Assembly: GCA_009602735.1 (NCBI GenBank)
Contig: WELA01001161.1
Location: forward strand, 326,776 to 376,675
DNA: 49,900 nt
From: Mesotaenium endlicherianum
Lineage: Eukaryota
Direction: 5' to 3'
Shown: one piece after another, positions 49,859-49,900 of the stretch
How the letters are laid out: every line of letters begins with the position of its first letter
Position numbering within the stretch: position 1 is the first letter of the stretch
Position numbers and translations under genes: made by a program
The notes under the pieces: model-generated
Told to the model about the DNA's origin: nothing
What the model saw: only the letters and a program-made list of their open reading frames with translations
Database searches by the model: none

Positions 49859-49900
49859 GCCAGCTCTCTCCCCTCCTCTCCCCTGCCCTCCCTCCCCCCC

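Overview
Eukaryotic draft-assembly window with N gaps. The plant-type proteins and land-plant-like exon phasing suggest a streptophyte green alga (inferred, not proven). Seven genes could be reconstructed exon by exon with consistent reading frame: katanin p80 (+, 5'-partial, 422-9997), ATP-dependent PEP carboxykinase (-, 11 exons), cycloartenol synthase (-, 18 exons), an intronless zinc-ribbon protein (+), a mitochondrial NAD-IDH regulatory subunit (-, 4 exons), cullin-3 (-, 7 exons) and an ABC1K10-like atypical kinase (+, 3'-partial). No rRNA, tRNA, CRISPR or transposon ORF was recognised. The most unusual signal is gene architecture. In gene interiors, introns have weak or GC donors followed by C-rich tracts, and acceptors preceded by G/purine/RY-rich sequence instead of a polypyrimidine tract ('inverted' introns that could pair end to end). 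These sit in a GC-rich gene core flanked by AT-richer gene ends. Two helically phased arrays of site II (TGGGCY) elements occur: one upstream of IDH, and one next to an unannotated, potentially structured region at about 17.7 kb. The 1.09-kb tandem duplication at 1154-3337 is probably an assembly artefact.
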